A stretch of DNA of 64,000 nucleotides from Octopus sinensis. Taxonomy: Eukaryota. Each line of letters begins with the position of its first letter. Within the stretch, counting starts at the first letter, position 1. Position numbers and translations under genes: made by a program. The notes beneath the pieces were generated by a model. The model saw nothing but the letters and a program-made list of their open reading frames with translations, made no database searches and was not told the origin of the DNA. Location of the stretch: positions 13,764,001 to 13,828,000 of the forward strand of contig NC_043022.1 in NCBI RefSeq assembly GCF_006345805.1, read 5' to 3'. Shown one piece after another: positions 47,866-61,210 of this stretch.

Positions 47866-48132
47866 CAGGGTGGTCGTCAGAAAAGCGGAAAATTTGAAAG
47901 CTAACGAACAAGCGTTAATTAGATGATCAATAAACTGTGTGATAGGTGGTTTCTGATTTGTTGTTTCTGTTATCGAATGAGCCCCTAATCCTAAGCACTG
48001 ACACCGTTTCCCTTCTAAATGAATCCCACATCATGGAAGAAAGCTGTGGAAAGGAACAGCAGTTCACCTCGAATCTTGTGGAAATATAAATTGGCTTTTC
48101 ACAAGTTTTCCACTTTTCTAGTGATCACCCTT
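47866..48132. mobile_element. Tc1/mariner-like TA-flanked MITE (degenerate TIRs)
   Basis: CAGGGTGGTC...AAAAGCGGAAAA versus TTTTCCACTTTT...GATCACCCTT. Confidence 0.6.
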
Positions 48133-48211
48133 TATGTGATTCCCAAGTAATTTGTGGCAGAAATTACAAAATTTTTCATTTTATTTATTTATTTTTGGTT
48201 CTGTTTCTTAG

Positions 48212-48301
48212 TGAAGTCCTCAAAGAGCAAGCTTACATCTATATCTCGGCACTGCAGTGGAACCTCTATTACTATTTTGACGGTTGCCAATCATGGAGCT
48301 G
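48212..48301 (+). CDS. XRN1: XRN1 exon 14: EVLKEQAYIYISALQWNLYYYFDGCQSWS(W)
   Basis: QW.L.YY..G.QSWSW motif; cttAG / GTGAGT; 90 nt. Confidence 0.96.
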
Positions 48302-49569
48302 GTGAGTTTGCCTTTTTTGCATTAGATTTTTTTTTCTATATTCAAATAAATGTACCGACCCCAGGACATTTTTTCTTTTAAAGCCTGGTACTTATTCTAT
48401 CGGTCTCTTTTGCTGACCTGCTGTGTTACGGGGATGTAAACACACTATCACTGGCTGTTAAGTAGTGGTGGTGGGGGGGACAAATACACACACACACATA
48501 CACATTGGTTGGTAAGCATGCTACTTACCACACAGCCACTCCCGTGCCTATAATTTCCTGCATGTGAAATTTTATTCAGTGAAACTGGGAGAGATGCCAT
48601 TTGGACAGTAGGTGAATCTTAGTCTTCCAATCAAAATCAGACATTTTCAAGTTGTTGCTTTAAACAATTACTCGAAAGTTATTCTGGATGTTCTTCACAC
48701 GATCTCTTTGCAAGATATCCAGCATTGACCTCTCTGCACTGTAAGCAGATGTTCTCTCTTCGTCAAGGCCGAGTAGAATGTAGGTGATGGAAAAAAAAAA
48801 TAAAAACATAGATGTAAGATGGTGAGCAGGCAGAAACGTTAGTACACCGGGCGAAATGTTTAGCGGTATTTTGTCTGCCGTTACGTTCTGAGTTCAAATT
48901 CCGCCAAGGTCGACTTGACCTTTCATCCTTTCAGGGTCGATAAATTAAGTACCAGTTATGCACTGGGGTTGATATTATCGACTTAATCCGTTTGTCTGTC
49001 CTTGTTTGTCTTTGTGTTTAGCCCCTTGTGGGTAGTAAAGAAATAGAAATAGGTATTTTGTCTGTTATGTTCTGAGTTCTAATTCTGCTGAGGTCGACTT
49101 TGCCTTTCATCGTTTCGGGGTCGATTAAATAAGTACCAGTGACGCACTGGGGTCGACTTAATCCGTTTGCCTGTCCTTGTTTGTCCCCTCAGTGTTTAGC
49201 CCCTTGTGGGTAGTAATCTGCCGTTACATTCTGAGTTCAAATTCCGCCGAGGTCGACTTTGCCTTTCATCCTTTCGGGGTCGATAAATTAAGTACCAGTT
49301 GCGCACTGGGGTCGATGTAATCGACTTAATCCCTTTGTTTGTCCTTGTTTGTCCCCTCTATGTTTAGCCCTCTTGTGGGCAATAAAGAAATAAGATGGAA
49401 AAGCAAGATGTTGCTGCTCGTGTGTAAAGTGAAGAAGGAAAACGGCTGAAGGAAGTGAGAGAGAGAAGATATAAAGTTACATTTCTGTATTGCAGTTTCT
49501 TTCTTCCTTTTTTTTTGAATTTCTGTGAATTCCTTTCACTTTTTGCGTTTGTGCTTTCTCCTTTGACAG

Positions 49570-49726
49570 GTATTATCCTCACCACTATGCCCCATTCATG
49601 AGTGACCTAGTGAACATCAAAGATATAAAGATCAAACTGGACATGGGCAGACCATTTTTACCTTTCCAGCAACTGATGGCTGTCCTTCCTTCGGCCAGTA
49701 AGGAGCTGCTACCTCCTCCATTGCAG
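49570..49726 (+). CDS. XRN1: XRN1 exon 15: YYPHHYAPFMSDLVNIKDIKIKLDMGRPFLPFQQLMAVLPSASKELLPPPLQ
   Basis: YYPxHYAPF and PFxQLxAVLP motifs; gacAG / GTAATC; 157 nt. Confidence 0.97.
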
Positions 49727-49805
49727 GTAATCAATTCTGCCTTTTTCAAATGATTTATTATTATTATTATTGTTTTCAGGTTTTGTGCCTTAGGATTATT
49801 ATTAT

Positions 49806-50196
49806 TACTAGCAGTATAGCCCAGCGTTGCTCGGGTTTGTTTTGACCCTTCAGAATTGGAATTTCTGAAAAGTAAAAATTATGCATTATGTAGCTTGTTA
49901 TTCTCTTTAAGTGAACATTTTTCTGGTTGAAATAAACCAAAAAACGGCGACACAGCAGTAAAAAAATCGTTAAAAAATAGGGATTTTCATAGAAAAAAAA
50001 GCACCTTTTTGATGTAGATAATTTTTGGTGTTAACATGGTCCGATTTTAATTTTTTCTTCTACGGAACAAGCCTTTTCTATCATACTCTCAAATTTGGTC
50101 AACTTGTGCCACAGGGACTCGGAGGAGATAGTGTTAGTTGAAGGCTACCAAACCTGCCATACACACACAGACAACTTCAGCTTTATATATATAGAT
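49806..50196 (+). mobile_element. Helitron/Helentron-like non-autonomous element; a related end in reverse orientation at about 3123-3300
   Basis: ACTAGCAGTATAGCCCAGCGTTGCTCGGG start and (CA)n-GACAACTTCAGCTTTATATATATAGAT end, an architecture like Lep1/DINE-type elements. Confidence 0.55.
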
Positions 50197-51094
50197 TATT
50201 ATTGAGGTAGCGAGCTGGCAGAATCATTCGCATGCCAGGCGAAATACTTAGCAGTATTTTGTTTGTCTTTACATTCTGAGTTCAAATTCTGCTGAGGTCG
50301 GCTTTGCCTTTCATCCTTTTCGGCGGGGGTTGATTAAATAAGTACCAGTTACGCAGGGGTCAGTGTAACCAACTTAATCCCTTACCTCAAATTTGAAGCC
50401 TTGTGCTTCCAGCGGAAAGGATTAGCTGGCAGAATTGTTAGCATGCTGTGCGAAATGCTTCGTGGCTTTTAGTCTGTTTGCACGTTCCGAGTTCAAATTC
50501 TGCTAAAGTTGGCTTTTCCTGTCATCCTTTTGGGGTCTGTAAAATAAGTACCTATTTCTTTATTACCCACAAGGGGCTAAACACAGAGGGGACAAACAAG
50601 GACAGACATAGGTATTAAGTCGATTACATCGACCCCAGTGCGTAACTGGTACTTAATTTATCGACCCCGAAAGGATGAAAGGCAAAGTCGACCTCGGCGG
50701 AATTTGAACTCAGAATGTAGCAGCAGACGAAATACCGCTAAGCATTTCGCCCGGCATGCTAACGTTTCTGCCAGTAAAATAAGTACCAGTTGACCTCCGG
50801 GGTCAATGTAATCAACTCGCCTCACCCCCAAATTTCAGGCCTTGTGCCTTTAGTGGAAAGGTTCATCATTGTTGAAGGCACAAGGGCTGGAATTTTGGGG
50901 AGAGGGCCAGTCAATTACATCAACCCTCATCATTTCACTGGGACTTGATTTATCGACCCTGAGAGGATGAGAGGTCAACTTTGCCTTTCATCTTTTCAGG
51001 GTCGATAATTTTAGTACCAGTGAAACACTGGGGGTTGATATAATTGATTGCTCCTCTCACCCCAAATCTCAGGTCTTGTACTTTTTGTAGAAAG

Positions 51095-51402
51095 GATTAT
51101 GGGCTTCCCTCTCTCTCCCTCTTTCTCTTTGTCTCTCTCCCCCTTATCTCTCTCTCTCTCTCTACCCTACCCCTCTCCCCCTTCCCTCTTTCTCTTTGTC
51201 TCTCTCTCTCCTACTCCCCCTCCCCTTCCCTCTCTCTATTTCCCTCTCAATCCCTCTCTTTCTCTGTGTCCCCTCCCATCTGTATTCTCCTCCTCCTCTC
51301 CTCTATCTCCCTTCCCTCTCTCTGTCGCTCTCCCTCCCTCCCACACTTTATGATTGTTTGATAATTGTTTCTCTTTTCTCTCTCTCTTGTCTGAACTTTC
51401 TC

Positions 51403-51440
<38 letters not shown>
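51095..51440. repeat. About 350-bp (CT)-rich polypyrimidine tract ending at the exon 16 acceptor
   Basis: Seen directly. Confidence 0.9.
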
Positions 51441-51441
<1 letters not shown>

Positions 51442-51444
51442 AAG

Positions 51445-51564
51445 GAACTCATGACCAAACAAAGCTCACCAATCCAGAAATACTACCCAGAGGACTTTGA
51501 AACGGACTTGAATGGAAAGCTGCACGAATGGGAAGCCGTTGTTCTCATTCCGTTCATTGATGAA
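51445..51564 (+). CDS. XRN1: XRN1 exon 16: ELMTKQSSPIQKYYPEDFETDLNGKLHEWEAVVLIPFIDE
   Basis: DLNGK..WEAVVLIPFIDE motif; ccaAG / GTAAGT; 120 nt. Confidence 0.97.
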
Positions 51565-52934
51565 GTAAGTTGTTGCATTTTGCATAATTTCTGGCATTAC
51601 ACTGTAGCCCACCATTCGGGAACTTGCATTGGTTCTAATACCAAGGTTAGATGCCAATTCTTCCAAAAAATAGATACAAATTCTTTTATAGCTCACCTTC
51701 CTCTGCTTCATGGAATGGATTCTGAAAACCAACAACCATTTGATATGATTTATTGTCCTCTGGTTTTAAATGGCTCTCAGAGTTCGTTTCCTGCCAGTCA
51801 TTGCTCTGTGATTGTCAGTCAGTTTAGTCATAAGTCACACAGATTGGCATCCGTGCCTGTGGTATATAAAAGTACCTTGGTGTTATGCAAATGGCACCTG
51901 TGCCGGGGGGCATGTAAAAGCACCCATTACAACACTCTGGTTGGCATTAGGAAGGGCATCCAGCCATAGAAAACCATGCCAAATCAGACAGGAGTCTGGT
52001 GCAGCCTTCCAGCGTGCCAGCCCGGTCAAACCGTCCAACCCATGCCAGCATGGACAACGGATGTTAGATGATGATGATGATGATGATACTGTCCTTCCTG
52101 TTCCAGGTTTTGATGTTGAAACAAATGTATTAAAAGACTAATAGCAAATTGCTTAAAGCTGTCTGTTGTGGAAGGATTCTGACAATTCTGACAAATTGCT
52201 ATAAAATAAAGAACTTTGAGCATTTGAGGGCAAGCAGTTCATTTTGAGCTGTTAGCAGAGAGCCTTTAACCCCGTGTAATAGTAATCGCATTGCATCGTG
52301 AAAATATTTCTTTCCCCCTGCTTTGTCAAATTGGTTCTCTGGCACATAAGAGAACCATCCGAACGTGGCCGTAGCCAGCACCGCATCGACTGGCCTCCGT
52401 GCTGGTGGCACATAACAAACACCATCCGATCGTGGCCGTGCCAGCCTCGCCTGGCCTCTGTGACAGTGGCACGTAAAAAGCACCATCCAAGCGTGGCTGT
52501 TCGCCAGCCTCGTCTGGCACCTGTGTCGGTGGCTCATAAAAAGCACCCACTACACTCACAGAGTGGTTGGCGTTAGGAAGGGCATCCAGCTGTAGAAACT
52601 CTGCCAGATCTGACTGGCCTGGTGCAGCCTTCTGGCTCACCAGTCCTCAGTCAAATCGTCCAACCCATGGAAAGCAGACGTTAAACGATGATGATGGTGA
52701 TGATGAACACATCATCATCATCATCATTTAACATCCGTTTTCCGTGCTAGCATGGGTTGGACGGTTTGACCGGGGTCTAGTACAGTGAATATAGTTCACT
52801 TTGAAGCAGTATGTACCCTGTGACTATGGTAAAATAGATGGAAAACAGCAAAATACATTCATTCTGTATCATCTATGCTATCATTCTTATTAATTTTTCT
52901 CTCTCTTTTTTTTCTGTGTGTTTTTTTTCCTTAG

Positions 52935-53101
52935 ACAGAACTTTTGAAAGCCATGGCAACTGCAGAAGACAGACTTTCCCCATCAGAAAAGGCTCGTAAC
53001 AGACACAGTCCCCATCAATTATACCAGTACAGCTCGGAATGTTTGGAGAAATATCCGTCCACGTTATCAAAACTTCCTGATGTTCATTATAATCATGCAT
53101 T
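52935..53101 (+). CDS. XRN1: XRN1 exon 17: TELLKAMATAEDRLSPSEKARNRHSPHQLYQYSSECLEKYPSTLSKLPDVHYNHA(L)
   Basis: LLxAM...E..RN.H pattern; cttAG acceptor; GTGGGT donor chosen because its phase fits exon 18; 167 nt. Confidence 0.9.
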
Positions 53102-55718
53102 GTGGGTCCTTCTTCTTATCTCAATCTCTTTCAGTCTTTACTCTTTACTCTTTTACTTGTTTCAGTCATTTGACTGCGGCCATGCTGGAGCACTGCCTTT
53201 AGTTGAGCAAATAAACCCCGGGACTTATTCTTTGTAAGCCCAGTACTTATTCTATCGGTCTCTTTTTGCCGAACCGCTAAGTGACGGGGACGTAAACACA
53301 GCACCATCGGTTGTCAAGCAATGCTAGGGGGACAAACACAGACACACAAACACACACACACACACATGCACATATATATATATATATATACATATATACG
53401 ACAGGCTTCTTTCAGTTTCCGTCTACCAAATCCACTCACAAGGCATTGGTCGGCCCGGGGCTATAGCAGAAGACACATGCCCAAGGTGCCACGCAGTGGG
53501 ACTGAACCCGAAACCATGTGGTTGGTTAGCAAGCTACTTACCACACAGCCACTCCTGCGCCTTGTTTAATTTCTCAAACAATGGCACAGTTTTTATGCTA
53601 TTTTTCCATATGTTTTTATATTATTTTTTTTCATGTTTTTTGTTATTTCTCCTGTGTTTTTGTTATTGTTGTTGTTATTCTTCCCCCCCTTTTTTTTGTT
53701 ACTCTCCCAGTGTTGCTTTGTAATTTCCCCCCATGTTTTTTCTTTCATACTTTCCCTATGTTTTTGTTCCTCTTTGCATTGTTTTTTTCTTGTGTTATTA
53801 TAACTCCTTTGTTATTTTCCAATGCCCAAGATCTTAGAAGACACGCAGACGGACAGAACGGATTTTATATAAGAGATATTTTAAAGTCCATAATTAATGG
53901 TTTTATAGCTGTTAAGTCAACATGTATTTCTAATCGGTATATCTTTACTAAGGTGGCGAGCTGGCAGAATCGTTAGCACGCCGGGCGAAATGCTTAGCGG
54001 TATTTCGTCTGTCGTTACGTTCTGAGTTCAATTTCCGCCGGGGTCGACTTTGCCTTTCATCCTCTCGGGGTCGATAAATAAAGTACCAGTTACGCACTGG
54101 GGTCGATGTAATCGACTTAATACCTATGTCTGTCCTTGTTTGTCCCCTCTATGTTTAGCCCCTTGTGGGTAATAAAGAAATAGGTATATCTTTACTACCC
54201 CTGAAGAGATTCATCTTAGAATGATTTTAATTTTATAAATTATTTATCTAAAGATTTCTGAATCGAAACAACTGTCACAGATGTTGTCATATTTTATAAT
54301 TAATAAATAATTTTATTAATTACCTCTCCATTTTCTCCTTATTCTTTAAGTACATAATTCATCATCATCATCATAATTATAAAAATATAATTATAATTAA
54401 GGGCATTGGAATGCCAGCGCCTAAATGCTAGAAATAGATGTCAAATACCTACAGTCCACTCTAAATTTGTTCTCTATTTATAAATAGATTACAAATTTAG
54501 AGTAGATTGTAGGATTATAGTTTTATAATTATGTTCTCAAAAATGTATTTTACCCATATGGCCATTTAATCATGTTAATGATTATATCCTCAATTTATAT
54601 ATATATATATATAAATATATATATATATCATCATCATCATTGTCGTTTAACGTCTGTTCTCCATGCTTGCATGGGTTGGACGGTTCGACCGGGGATCTGG
54701 GAAGCCAGAAGGCTGCACCAGGCTCCAGTCTGATCTGGCAGTGTTTCTACAGCTGGATGCCCTTCCTAACGCCAACCACTCCATGAGTGTAGTGAGTGCT
54801 TTTTACGTGCCACCGGCACAGAAGCCAGTCAAGGCGGCACTGGCATCGGCCACATTCGGATGGTGCTTTTTATGTGCCACCGGCCCAGGGATCACAACTA
54901 GTTTATATATAAATTAAATTAAATTAAATTACAGATAAAACCACTATTAGGCAAATCAAACAGTGAAAAACATAAACCAATACATAGAAATAAAAAGCCT
55001 CGGCTGGCCCCCGTGTCGGTGGCACGTAAAAGCACCATCCGTTCGTGTCCGTTGCCAGCATCGCCTGGCCCCCGTGCCGGTGACACGTAAAAGCACCATC
55101 CGTTCGTGGCCGTTCGCCAGCTCTGTCTGGCACCAGTGCAGGTGGCACGTAAAAAACACCCACTACACTCGCGGAGTGGTTGGCGTTAGGAAGGGCATCC
55201 AACCGTAGAAACACTGCCAGATCTGACTGGGCCTGACGAAGCCTTCCAGCTTCACAGACCCCAGTTGACCAGTCCAACCCATGCTAGCATGGAAAGCGGA
55301 CGCTAAATGATGATGATGATGATAATATACAAAATATATAAAATTCAAGATTTAAATATATGATGGGTTTTTTTTAGTTTCTGTCTACCATATTCACTCA
55401 TAAAGCAGTGGTCAGCCTGGGGCTATAGAAGAAGATACTAGTCCAAGGGGTCATGTAGTGGAATTGAACCCAAGACCACATGGTTACGAAGCGAGCTTTT
55501 CAACTGCACAGTCACACCTGTAACATGTAAATCTAATGCATAAATGTGCAGGTGTTTGTGTGAATGATTTGGGGTTCGTCTTGAATTGTCGGGGATCTTT
55601 AGTTGGAGAGGAGAATTGTGGGAGGGTTGGAGTTACTGGTAATTTAAGGGACTCCCTGATACAGGGATCACAGTATTGCAGAAGTTTACTGGAACCGTGT
55701 CCGTTTTTACCTTTTCAG

Positions 55719-55845
55719 GTGTACATATGTGCCACTCGATGCCTTCCACACTCCAGTGAATATACTCAAGAAAAGCCTCCTCACAAACGACAAGCAGAAC
55801 GTCTACTTCCCTGGGTTCCCCACGTTTAAGCACATACGACACAGG
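55719..55845 (+). CDS. XRN1: XRN1 exon 18: [42 protein letters not shown]
   Basis: YFxGFPTxKHIRH motif; ttcAG / GTAAGT; 127 nt. Confidence 0.95.
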
Positions 55846-56029
55846 GTAAGTGGTGGTCTTTTATGGATTCGTATAATAGCAGCATTGAACACCTGTTCCC
55901 CAGTTTGGCAGGAACTGGGAAGCCAGAGGGTTACACCAGGTTCTCCAGGTTCCAACTGCCTGTTTTGGCTTGGGTTCTACAGCAGGATGCCCTTCCCAGT
56001 TGTCAAACGATGGTGGGGAGGACACACAC

Positions 56030-56164
56030 AGATATATATGTATGTGTGTATGTATGTATGTATATATGTGTATGTATGTATGTATATATCTGTGTATATA
56101 TATATCTGTATGTTATATATGTATGTATATATATATATATATATGTATATGTATGTATGTATAT

Positions 56165-56210
<46 letters not shown>

Positions 56211-56420
56211 TGTATATATATATGTATGTATATATATATATGTATGTATATATATATGTATGTATATATATATGTATGTATATATATATATGTATGTATA
56301 TATATATATATGTATGTATATATATATATATATATGTATGTATATAATATAGATATATATATGTATGTATGTATGTATATATATATATATTGTATGTATA
56401 TATATATATATATATGTATG

Positions 56421-56457
<37 letters not shown>

Positions 56458-56873
56458 GTATGTATATATATATATATGTGTATGTATATATATATATATA
56501 TGTATATATTATATATATGTATGTATATATATATATATGTATGTATATATATATATATATATGTATGTATATATATATATGATGTATATATATGTATGTA
56601 TATATATGTAGTTATGTATATATTATGATATATATATATGTGATATATATATATGTATGTATATATATATGTATGTATATATTATATATATGTATGTATA
56701 TATAATATATGTATGTATATATATATATATGTATGTATATATATATATAATATGTATATGTATGTATATGTATGTATGTATATGTATTATGTAATAAATA
56801 TATATATGTATGTGTATGTATGTATATATATATATATGTATGTATGTGTATGTATGTATATATATATATATAT

Positions 56874-56911
<38 letters not shown>

Positions 56912-57062
56912 GTATGATATATTATATGTATAATATATATATATATGATGTATATGTATGTATAATATATATATATATGTATGTATATGTATGTATATAT
57001 ATATATATATATATGTATGTATATGTATGTATATATATATATATATATGTATGTATATGTAT

Positions 57063-57094
<32 letters not shown>

Positions 57095-57099
57095 GTATG

Positions 57100-57130
<31 letters not shown>

Positions 57131-59040
57131 ATGTATGTATATATATATATGTATGTATATGTATGTATATATATATATGTATGTATATGTATGTATATAT
57201 ATATATGTATGTATATTATGTATATATATATGTATGTATGTATATGTATGTATATTATATATGTATGTTATGTATGTTATTATATATATGTATGTATATG
57301 TATGTATATATAATATGTATGTATGATATATATATATGTATGCATATGTATGTATATATATATATGTATGTATATGTATGTATATATATATATATATGTA
57401 TGTATATGTATGTATATATATATATATATGTATGTATATATGTATGTATGTTATATATATATATGTATGTATGTATGTATGTATATATATATATATATGT
57501 ATGTATATGTATGTATGTATATATATATAGATATATATATATGTATATGTATGTATGTATATATATATATTGTATATGTATGTATGTATATATATATATG
57601 TATATGTATGTATGTATATATATATATATATATATTGTATGTTATATGTATGTATGTATATATATATAATATATATATGATGTATATATGTGTATGTATA
57701 TATATATATATATATATTATGTATTATATGTATGTATGTATATAATATATATATATTGTATGTATATGTATGTATGTATATATATATATATATATATGTA
57801 TGTATATGTATGTATGTATATATATATATATATATATGTATGTATATGTATGTATGTATATATATAATATATATTTATGTAGTATATGTATGTATGATAT
57901 ATATATATATATATATATGTATGTATATGTATGTATGTATATATATAATATATATATTATGTATGTATATATATATATGTATGTATATGTATGTATATAT
58001 ATATATGTATGTATATGTATGTATGTATATATATATATGTATGTATATGTATGTATGTATATATATATATGTATGTATATGTATGTATGTATATATATAT
58101 ATGTATGTATATGTATGTATGTATATATATATATGTATGTATATGTATGTATGTGTATATATATATGTATGTATATGTATGTATGTGTATATATATATAT
58201 ATGTATATGTATGTATGTATATATATATATATGTATGTGTATGTATGTATATATATATGTATGTGTATGTATGTATGTATATATATATATGTATGTGTAT
58301 GTATGTATGTATATATATATATGTATGTGTATGTATGTATGTATATATATATATATGTATGTTATGTATGTATGTATATATATTATATGTATGTGTATGT
58401 ATGTATGTATATATATATGTATGTGTATGTATGTATGTATATATATATATATGTATGTGTATGTATGTATGTATAATATATATATGTATGTGTATGTATG
58501 TATGTAATATATGTATGTGTATGTATGTATGTATGTATATATATTGTGTATGTTGTATGTATGTAATATATATATATGTATGTATGTATGTATATATATA
58601 TATATGTATGTATGTATGTATATATATATATATGTATGTGTATGTATGTATGTTATATATAATATATGTATGTGTATGTATGTATGTATATATATATATA
58701 TGTATGTGTATGTATGTATGTATATATATATATATGTATGTGTATGTATGTAGTATATAGATATGTGTGGTGATGTATGTATGTATATATATGTATGTGT
58801 ATGTATGTATGTATATATATATATATGTATGTATATGTATGTATGTGTATGTATGTATGTATATATATATATATGTATGTATATGTATGTATGTGTATGT
58901 ATGTATGTATATATATATATATGTATGTATATGTATGTATGTGTATGTATGTATGTATGTATATATATATATATGTATGTATATGTATGTATGTGTATGT
59001 ATGTATGTATATATATATATATGTATGTGTATGTATGTAT
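56030..59040. repeat. About 3-kb (TA)/(TATG) compound microsatellite in XRN1 intron 18; a further 0.5 kb at 59320-59830
   Basis: Seen directly. Confidence 0.97.
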
Positions 59041-59374
59041 GTCGTCGTCGTTTAACGTCCGTTCTCCATGCTAGCATGGGTTGGACGGTTCGACCGGGGT
59101 TCTGGGAAGCCAGAAGGCTGCACCAGGCTCCAGTCTAATTTGGCAATGTTTCTACAGCTGGATGCCCTTCCTAACGCCAACCACTCCGTGAGTGTAGTGG
59201 GTGCTTTTTACGTGCCACCTGCACAGGTGCCAGGCGGGGCTGGCAACGGCCACGGTCAGATTGGTGTATTTTATGTGCCACCGGCACGGAAGCCAGTCGA
59301 GGCGGTGCTGGCATCGGCCATGTATGTATGTATATGTATGTATGTATATGTATGTATATGTATGTATGTGTATG

Positions 59375-59519
<145 letters not shown>

Positions 59520-60017
59520 GTATGTGTATATATGTATGTGTATATATGTATGTGTATATATGTATGTGTATATATGTATGTGTATATATGTATGTGTATA
59601 TATGTATATGTATGTATGTGTATATATGTATGTATGTGTATATATGTATGTATGTGTATATATGTATGTGTATATATGTATGTATGTGTATATATGTATG
59701 TATGTGTATATATGTATGTATGTGTATATATGTATGTATGTGTATATATGTATGTACGTGTATATATGTATGTATCTATCTATCTATATATATATATATA
59801 TATATATACATACATACATACATACATGTGTATATACAACAGGCTCTTTCAGTTTCCGTCTACCAAATCATCTCAAACGGCTTCAGTCAACCCGAGGCTA
59901 TAGTAGAAGACACTTGCCCAAGGTGCCACACAGTGGGACTGAACCCAGAGCCATGTAGTTGGGTAGCAAGCTTCTTACCAGACAGCCAACCAGCTCTGTA
60001 ATTAACTCACTGTTATG

Positions 60018-60232
60018 CAGGGTGGCTGAAAAGTAGGTTTACAGTTATTACGTAGGCATTTTAAATTTCTTTTAAAGCATTTTATTACATTTAAATTTCT
60101 ATCTTACAATTAACTCAATTAGCATAGAGTAATGGTTTCATATTTTTTTAATAGTTAAGATCTACACTGTTGATATATGAATGTGAAAGAGAGAGAGTTG
60201 AATAACTGTGAACCTACTTTTGGACCACCCTG
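60018..60232. mobile_element. Tc1/mariner-like MITE
   Basis: CAGGGTGGCTGAAAAGTAGGTTTACAGTT ... AACTGTGAACCTACTTTTGGACCACCCTG|TA. Confidence 0.75.
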
Positions 60233-60588
60233 TACATATATATTTTGTGACGCTGTTACTAATTTATTCTGTTACATATGTTTATGCTTTTGTGCTGGTG
60301 ACTAAGTTGCTGCTTTACACTTGTGACTGATAATGGGCAACTCATGTACTCCTCAAGTGGAACCAAATCAGTGACCAGGTCACAGCAGGGACAATAAAAA
60401 TGTGGACACCAAATCATAAATGTCTAAATGAAGTGAAGTCTTTGTGTTGTTTTTGAATGGCTAATATCTGTGTTCCCCATATTGTAAATGTTTTAGCTTC
60501 AAAACATAATCTTGGATCAAATTACTTGCCTGACAAATATTTTTTCCAATATTTATTCTTGTTTTTTTCCCCCATTTTCACCATTCAG

Positions 60589-60678
60589 GCAGAATTAAAG
60601 AAAGATGGCGTGAAAGTTTTCCAGTTTAACAGTAAACTCGATAACATGATAGTCCAAATAATTGAGGATTGGGAACAG
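60589..60678 (+). CDS. XRN1: XRN1 exon 19: AELKKDGVKVFQFNSKLDNMIVQIIEDWEQ
   Basis: LKK.GV.VFQ..S..NM motif; ttcAG / GTAAAT; 90 nt. Confidence 0.94.
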
Positions 60679-61106
60679 GTAAATTTGAAGTTTCTTTCTT
60701 TAATTTTTTAAACTTATGCCATCATTGTCGTTGAACATCCTTTTTTCTACTTGATGTAACTGTCTTCATTCATACACATTACATGGCCATGGCAACACAG
60801 TCTTCTCTCTGGTACCCTATATTTGATGCCCTCTACACCCAGTTTTTCTCTCAAATCACTCACACTCCGTCCTATATACACACACTGACCTTACCCACCC
60901 AGTGAAGCATACTGGCTTCATTTCCTTCAAGCCCTCACATATCCTCACCACTCACAGCCCATGTCTCACTGCCATGTGCTACATGTTGTATTTCTAATTG
61001 TAAAATCCAAACAAGGGAGTCCTTGTTGTTACCGATTCCATGTTTCTTTGACTACAAGTGGTCTTATACGATATGTCTGTGATTTCCCTTTATCTCTATT
61101 CCTTAG

Positions 61107-61210
61107 GATTTGAAAAGTATTGCTACTGACATCTTAGGAAAGACCCTTCTAGTTAACTGGCCACATTTATTTGAAGTTAAAGTCCTGGTAGTTGCGGACG
61201 CCCAGATGAG
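61107..61210 (+). CDS. XRN1: XRN1 exon 20: DLKSIATDILGKTLLVNWPHLFEVKVLVVADAQM(S)
   Basis: LGK...VNWPHL.E motif; cttAG / GTCAGT; 104 nt. Confidence 0.95.

Noticed and set aside
51196-51969. 257-aa ORF
   Set aside because: Only 51445-51564 is XRN1 exon 16; the rest is CT tract and intron
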